Assembly: GCA_001774685.1 (NCBI GenBank)
Contig: MFAS01000001.1
Coordinates: 801,444 to 865,443, forward strand
DNA: 64,000 nt
Source of the DNA: Candidatus Collierbacteria bacterium RIFOXYD2_FULL_45_13
Lineage (GTDB): Bacteria > Patescibacteriota > Microgenomatia > UBA1400 > MFAQ01
Direction: 5' to 3'
The notes under the pieces were generated by a model, which was given only the letters and a program-made list of their open reading frames with translations, was not told the DNA's origin and ran no database searches. Below, piece after piece: positions 60,417 through 64,000 of the stretch (position 1 is the stretch's first letter; every line of letters starts with the position of its first letter). The position numbers were made by a program, and so were the translations under genes.

Positions 60417-61970
60417 TCAAATCCCGTTTTTGCTCCCAAAAATCTTCTCTGCTGCCGACATCACCCCACTCCCCGCCGAAACCATCTCATCTTTAGGAGC
60501 GGTCAAGTTCTCATCCTCTTGGATGGCATCAGTCCTCACCACTTTATCTATCAAGACACACTTAAAAGTCATCGGCCCCCAGACTTTGGACATTTGCTCC
60601 TCTATCAACTTTCTCTTTACATCTCTCTCCAGCATATCTTGTTGAAATCTTGAGGTTACGGAAATGGTGAGTGACTTACCTTGGACGTCCACAGGCGAAA
60701 CCAACCGAAGCATCCCGGCGAGCGACCCATTACTCTCTGCCATGGAGCTTAAAAAATCCCCCCATCCGGTTTTGACGCTTTCGATATTCACCAAAACGGC
60801 TTGGTTATTTTGCGCACTTCCGGTGCTCGAATCAGTCTCTTCTCGCCTCTTTATCAAGGTTTCCGAACTTGACCTAACTATCGAATCTTTAGGTAGTAAC
60901 TTTTCCTGGGCAGGCGTCTCCACTTTTGGGCGGGTTATTCCTCCCTTCTCGCCCAAAGCGACCGACAAAAGGGCTATCTCTATCGGCAAGAGAGGAAGAG
61001 GTGAAATCTTGATCCGGTCGGCTGCTGTTATCAAACCATCAATAATTTCTAGATACAGTCCTGCGCTTTCGCCGGATCGTATCTTATTTTCCATTAATGC
61101 TTTTGCTTCTTCTAGTAGCGAGGAAACTAATATTGTTGCTTTTACGCCAGTCTTCTCCATACTCGCGAACGTGTCCGTAATCTCCTCTGTGTTTGCATTA
61201 GACACTGAGACTAACAGCTTCTTCACGGAATGTCTGCCCACCACACCCAACACTTTCGTCAGTGTATCCTCATTAATTTTCTTATCGTACGAAGACAGCT
61301 GCTCCAGTATCTTGTGGCCTTCACGGAAACTGCCGTCAGTTGCCTCGGCAATTTGCCGAAGAACTTCACCTGCGATATTCAATTTTTCCCCTTTCACTGC
61401 CTTAAGGAGAGACTCGACTACTTCATCCACCGTAGCTTTTGTGAAATTTACTCTTGCGCAACGGCTTGAAATGGTTTCTGGAACCTTCTGAGACTCAGTA
61501 GTACACAGGATAAATAAAGCGTGCGTCGGAGGTTCCTCGAGTGTTTTGAGCAGTGCGTTAAAACCGGCCGTGGACACCATATGAACCTCATCAATGATAT
61601 AGATTTTCTTTTGTAATTGGACCGGCGACAGCCTAACTTTCTCCCGGAGATCACGGATATCATCCACCAGTCCGTTACTGGCAGCGTCAATCTCAATTAC
61701 GTCAACACTACTACCTCCACCAATTACCCGACAGGCCTCGCACTCTCCACAAGGCTCGGAAAAATCTTCCGTTTTGTTCTGATTCTTCTCGCAATTAACT
61801 ATCTGAGCCAAAATCCTGGCGGTACTGGTTTTACCAGAACCTCTAGGGCCTACAAACAAGTAAGCGTGGGAGATTTTCCCGGAAGCCAATGTCGAAAGTA
61901 ATACATCGCGAACCGACGCCAAGTCTAATTCGGCAATTTTTTTGGGTCTGTATGTCTGGTAAAAACTCAC
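60417..61970 (-). CDS. dnaX: DNA polymerase III gamma/tau
   Basis: YRP, GPRGSGKTS, EIDAAS, IIDEVHM, NALLKTLEEPP, TISSRC. Confidence 0.96.
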   Translation of the reverse strand: MSFYQTYRPKKIAELDLASVRDVLLSTLASGKISHAYLFVGPRGSGKTSTARILAQIVNCEKNQNKTEDFSEPCGECEACRVIGGGSSVDVIEIDAASNGLVDDIRDLREKVRLSPVQLQKKIYIIDEVHMVSTAGFNALLKTLEEPPTHALFILCTTESQKVPETISSRCARVNFTKATVDEVVESLLKAVKGEKLNIAGEVLRQIAEATDGSFREGHKILEQLSSYDKKINEDTLTKVLGVVGRHSVKKLLVSVSNANTEEITDTFASMEKTGVKATILVSSLLEEAKALMENKIRSGESAGLYLEIIDGLITAADRIKISPLPLLPIEIALLSVALGEKGGITRPKVETPAQEKLLPKDSIVRSSSETLIKRREETDSSTGSAQNNQAVLVNIESVKTGWGDFLSSMAESNGSLAGMLRLVSPVDVQGKSLTISVTSRFQQDMLERDVKRKLIEEQMSKVWGPMTFKCVLIDKVVRTDAIQEDENLTAPKDEMVSAGSGVMSAAEKIFGSKNGI

Positions 61971-62154
61971 ACTAACACCTTATGGCTTTTCACAGGCTAT
62001 GTCAACTGGAAAAAACTTGCTCATTCCTCTGTCTTTGACCGCTGTAGCCAGTTTTTCCGAAATTATCATGCCTAAATAACTTTTCACGCTACCAACATAT
62101 AAGTCTACCGAAGAAAAGGCATAAAAAATCCCCCGTTAACAGCGGGGGAAATAT

Positions 62155-62487
62155 CTATGATTCCACAATTACACGAAATATCGTTTTTTCTGCACCCAAA
62201 TCACGCTCAATGACCACCATACCGTCATCGAGATAGGTAATTGTAACTTTCTCTTTGTTCAGATCCCAAGTAATGTTACGGATCGGCTTCAGGGGAATTA
62301 CCAGACGACCATTATCGAAGGTGAAACCTGATAGCAGCTTAACCACCGCAGGAATAGCCTTGGGTTCAGCGCTCAAGCCCTTGCCCCGGAAAAAGGACAC
62401 GACCCTCAGAGGCTTGTCGAAAAGCTCTTCCACCAACTCCGTCGCCACCGCTTCACAGTTATCCATCGTGACAATTATTTTTCTCAT
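62155..62487 (-). CDS. Hypothetical protein, paralog B
   Basis: AAGGAG SD; terminator TCCCCCG-TTAACAG-CGGGGGA 62123-62149. Confidence 0.72.
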   Translation of the reverse strand: MRKIIVTMDNCEAVATELVEELFDKPLRVVSFFRGKGLSAEPKAIPAVVKLLSGFTFDNGRLVIPLKPIRNITWDLNKEKVTITYLDDGMVVIERDLGAEKTIFRVIVES

Positions 62488-62502
62488 AAACACTCCTTCT
62501 TC

Positions 62503-62874
62503 TCACACTATATCAACACTTATTATCATCGAATAGAAAATGGCGTTTAGAAAAGACTTTTCGATCGTGATTCTGCCGTCTTCATGAAAAGTTACAAACA
62601 CTCTCTCGGTAATCATATTCCACTGGATTTTTCGTTTTGGGGAGATCGGAATAGTCAAATTACCCGACTCAAAGTGATATCCAAGCTGGGGATCAAAACC
62701 AGGAATAGGACCATCGTCGTAGAGCCTCAAACCAGAGATCTTTTTAAACTTCGGTCTTGGTTTAATGTTTGTTTCAACACTTTGAATCGAAAAGGTCTTT
62801 TTTTGTAGTCTAGCAACTATCTCTCTTGCCACACTGATACAGTTATCGTCGGTAACCAGGATTACCTCATCCAT
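62503..62874 (-). CDS. Hypothetical protein, paralog A
   Basis: TGTTCCTTAAAACA, GGAGGTG; aligns with paralog B (VT.DNC..VA.E.V). Confidence 0.72.
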   Translation of the reverse strand: MDEVILVTDDNCISVAREIVARLQKKTFSIQSVETNIKPRPKFKKISGLRLYDDGPIPGFDPQLGYHFESGNLTIPISPKRKIQWNMITERVFVTFHEDGRITIEKSFLNAIFYSMIISVDIV

Positions 62875-62938
62875 CTTATTCACCTCCACAATGTTTTAAG
62901 GAACAGAGAACACCCATATTCTACCAACAATTAACCTG

Positions 62939-63325
62939 TTAGTCGTGATGAATTCCCAATAGATGAAGCAGACCGTGACATGCCAGGAACTCGATCTCTT
63001 CATCCACTAGACGGTTCCACTGCATGGCTTGTCTCTTTGCTTGAGGATAACAGACCACTATATCACCCAAATTCAGGCCGTCAAAATCGGCCGGCATCTC
63101 TTCTCCTTCTTGTAATGGAAAAGACAAAACGTCAGTTACTTCGTCCAGATTAAAATATTTTTGCTCCAACTCTCTTATCTTCCTTTCCCCCACTACACTA
63201 AAAGAAATCATGACCTTACCATCTAACCCCTGTTCCATCAAAACCTTACTCAAAGCGGCCTTGACTCTTTTCCGGTCAAAGCTATACCGGCTATCTGCGC
63301 TAATACTCAAATCCAGTTTTAACAT
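62939..63325 (-). CDS. ybeY: rRNA maturation endoribonuclease YbeY
   Basis: TDVLSFP, LGDIVVC, HGLLHLLGIHH. Confidence 0.95.
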   Translation of the reverse strand: MLKLDLSISADSRYSFDRKRVKAALSKVLMEQGLDGKVMISFSVVGERKIRELEQKYFNLDEVTDVLSFPLQEGEEMPADFDGLNLGDIVVCYPQAKRQAMQWNRLVDEEIEFLACHGLLHLLGIHHD

Positions 63326-63371
63326 ACTGCTATTCTACTTCATTGCCAGCAAACCACAAAAAACGGCCTCG

Positions 63372-63812
63372 TTAGAGGCCGTCATCGAGAATCAAAAATC
63401 TCTGAATCTCACTCTCCACTCCTTCAACCGGAACCAGCACTGTCTCATAAATCAAGACAAATTGGTGTCCTATTTCCGGAGATGGCCAACTTGGGATCAT
63501 ACATTGTGCTCTGACCGTCAAGGTTGGTTGAGCCAAATTGTAAAAAGTGGCTACATCATAGTAGAAGCCATTTGAATAAAGAGCACTCTCCTCAATCGAC
63601 ATCACGACCCAAATGTTCCCTGGCATGGCCGTCGGGACTAAGGTTGCCGTCATAACCGGCAAGGGAGTGGGGGTAGCAAGCATTACGGGTGTGGAAACCG
63701 CAAACGCCGGCTCTCCGGCCCGATTCTGGTTGCGCCAACTAAAATACAAAACTCCCAGCACGATCAATAAGACAAGAGATCCCACACCAATCCATACCCA
63801 TTTTTTATCCAT
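63372..63812 (-). CDS. Membrane-anchored exported protein (accessory unit)
   Basis: TATAAT, GGAGG, N-terminal TM, P/T linker; hairpin ACGGCCTC-GTTA-GAGGCCGT. Confidence 0.7.
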   Translation of the reverse strand: MDKKWVWIGVGSLVLLIVLGVLYFSWRNQNRAGEPAFAVSTPVMLATPTPLPVMTATLVPTAMPGNIWVVMSIEESALYSNGFYYDVATFYNLAQPTLTVRAQCMIPSWPSPEIGHQFVLIYETVLVPVEGVESEIQRFLILDDGL

Positions 63813-63871
63813 CTCAACCTCCAAGGAAAATTATCTATAAACGTCCGACAATAGATACATTATAGAGGTAA

Positions 63872-64000
63872 TTATGAGAACTTTTCGCTGACCACTTTCT
63901 GAACCACCGAACCATCGGCTTTACCCCTCAGTTTCCCCATGACGGCTCCCATCAATTTTCCACCCGTTAAACCAGTCTCATTGGAAATCTTACTCACTTC
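63872..64000 (-). CDS. GatB/YqeY domain protein, C-terminal end
   Basis: Manual translation ...GKLMGAVMGKLRGKADGSVVQKVVSEKFS-stop. Confidence 0.75.
   Translation of the reverse strand, partial: EVSKISNETGLTGGKLMGAVMGKLRGKADGSVVQKVVSEKFS

Noticed and set aside
60790-60890. Possible REP remnant in the dnaX linker (DSSTGSAQNN)
   Set aside because: Too degenerate; this linker is naturally variable.
60664-61491. Long antisense ORFs (for example 275 aa opposite dnaX and 193 aa at 11535)
   Set aside because: Codon-bias shadows of genuine opposite-strand genes.
61975-62120. SRP RNA expected upstream of dnaX
   Set aside because: Only a weak hairpin; the conserved SRP domain IV motif was not found.

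Overview
Chromosomal segment (genetic code 11) of a small-genome bacterium. Gene content and the trimmed core proteins suggest Patescibacteria/CPR, Microgenomates-like; this is inference. Core genes: pilB (partial), holB, gyrB-ppaC-gyrA-NUDIX-pyrG, a Xer-type tyrosine recombinase, yebC, a Kef-type antiporter, lgt-dksA-lspA-rluA, efp, tRNA-Leu(CAA), sod, dnaB, rpmE-prfA, rpsF-ssb-rpsR-ctpA, ychF, nadC-nadA, cysS, dnaX/ybaB/recR and ybeY. The most striking pattern is two gene-expression grammars. Core genes are mostly leaderless (-10 box, 4-9 nt, start codon, no Shine-Dalgarno). In contrast, more than 20 small orphan genes sit between them as self-contained units: sigma70 promoter, a boxA-like 5' motif (about GYWCYTTRAMA), a strong GGAG(G) SD and a GC-rich hairpin terminator, often CCCGCC-loop-GGCGGG. 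One of these hairpin junctions is repeated exactly over 35 bp on both sides of one unit. Other notable items: a 1 kb non-coding region with an 11-6-11 dif-like palindrome whose half-site recurs in the xer promoter; a protein made of two tandem Flp prepilin units; a structured element duplicating the tRNA-Leu 3' end; palindromic and short tandem repeats inserted in frame in coding genes; and a homopolymer frameshift in a PAS-only protein. All motif searches were done by eye and need computational confirmation.
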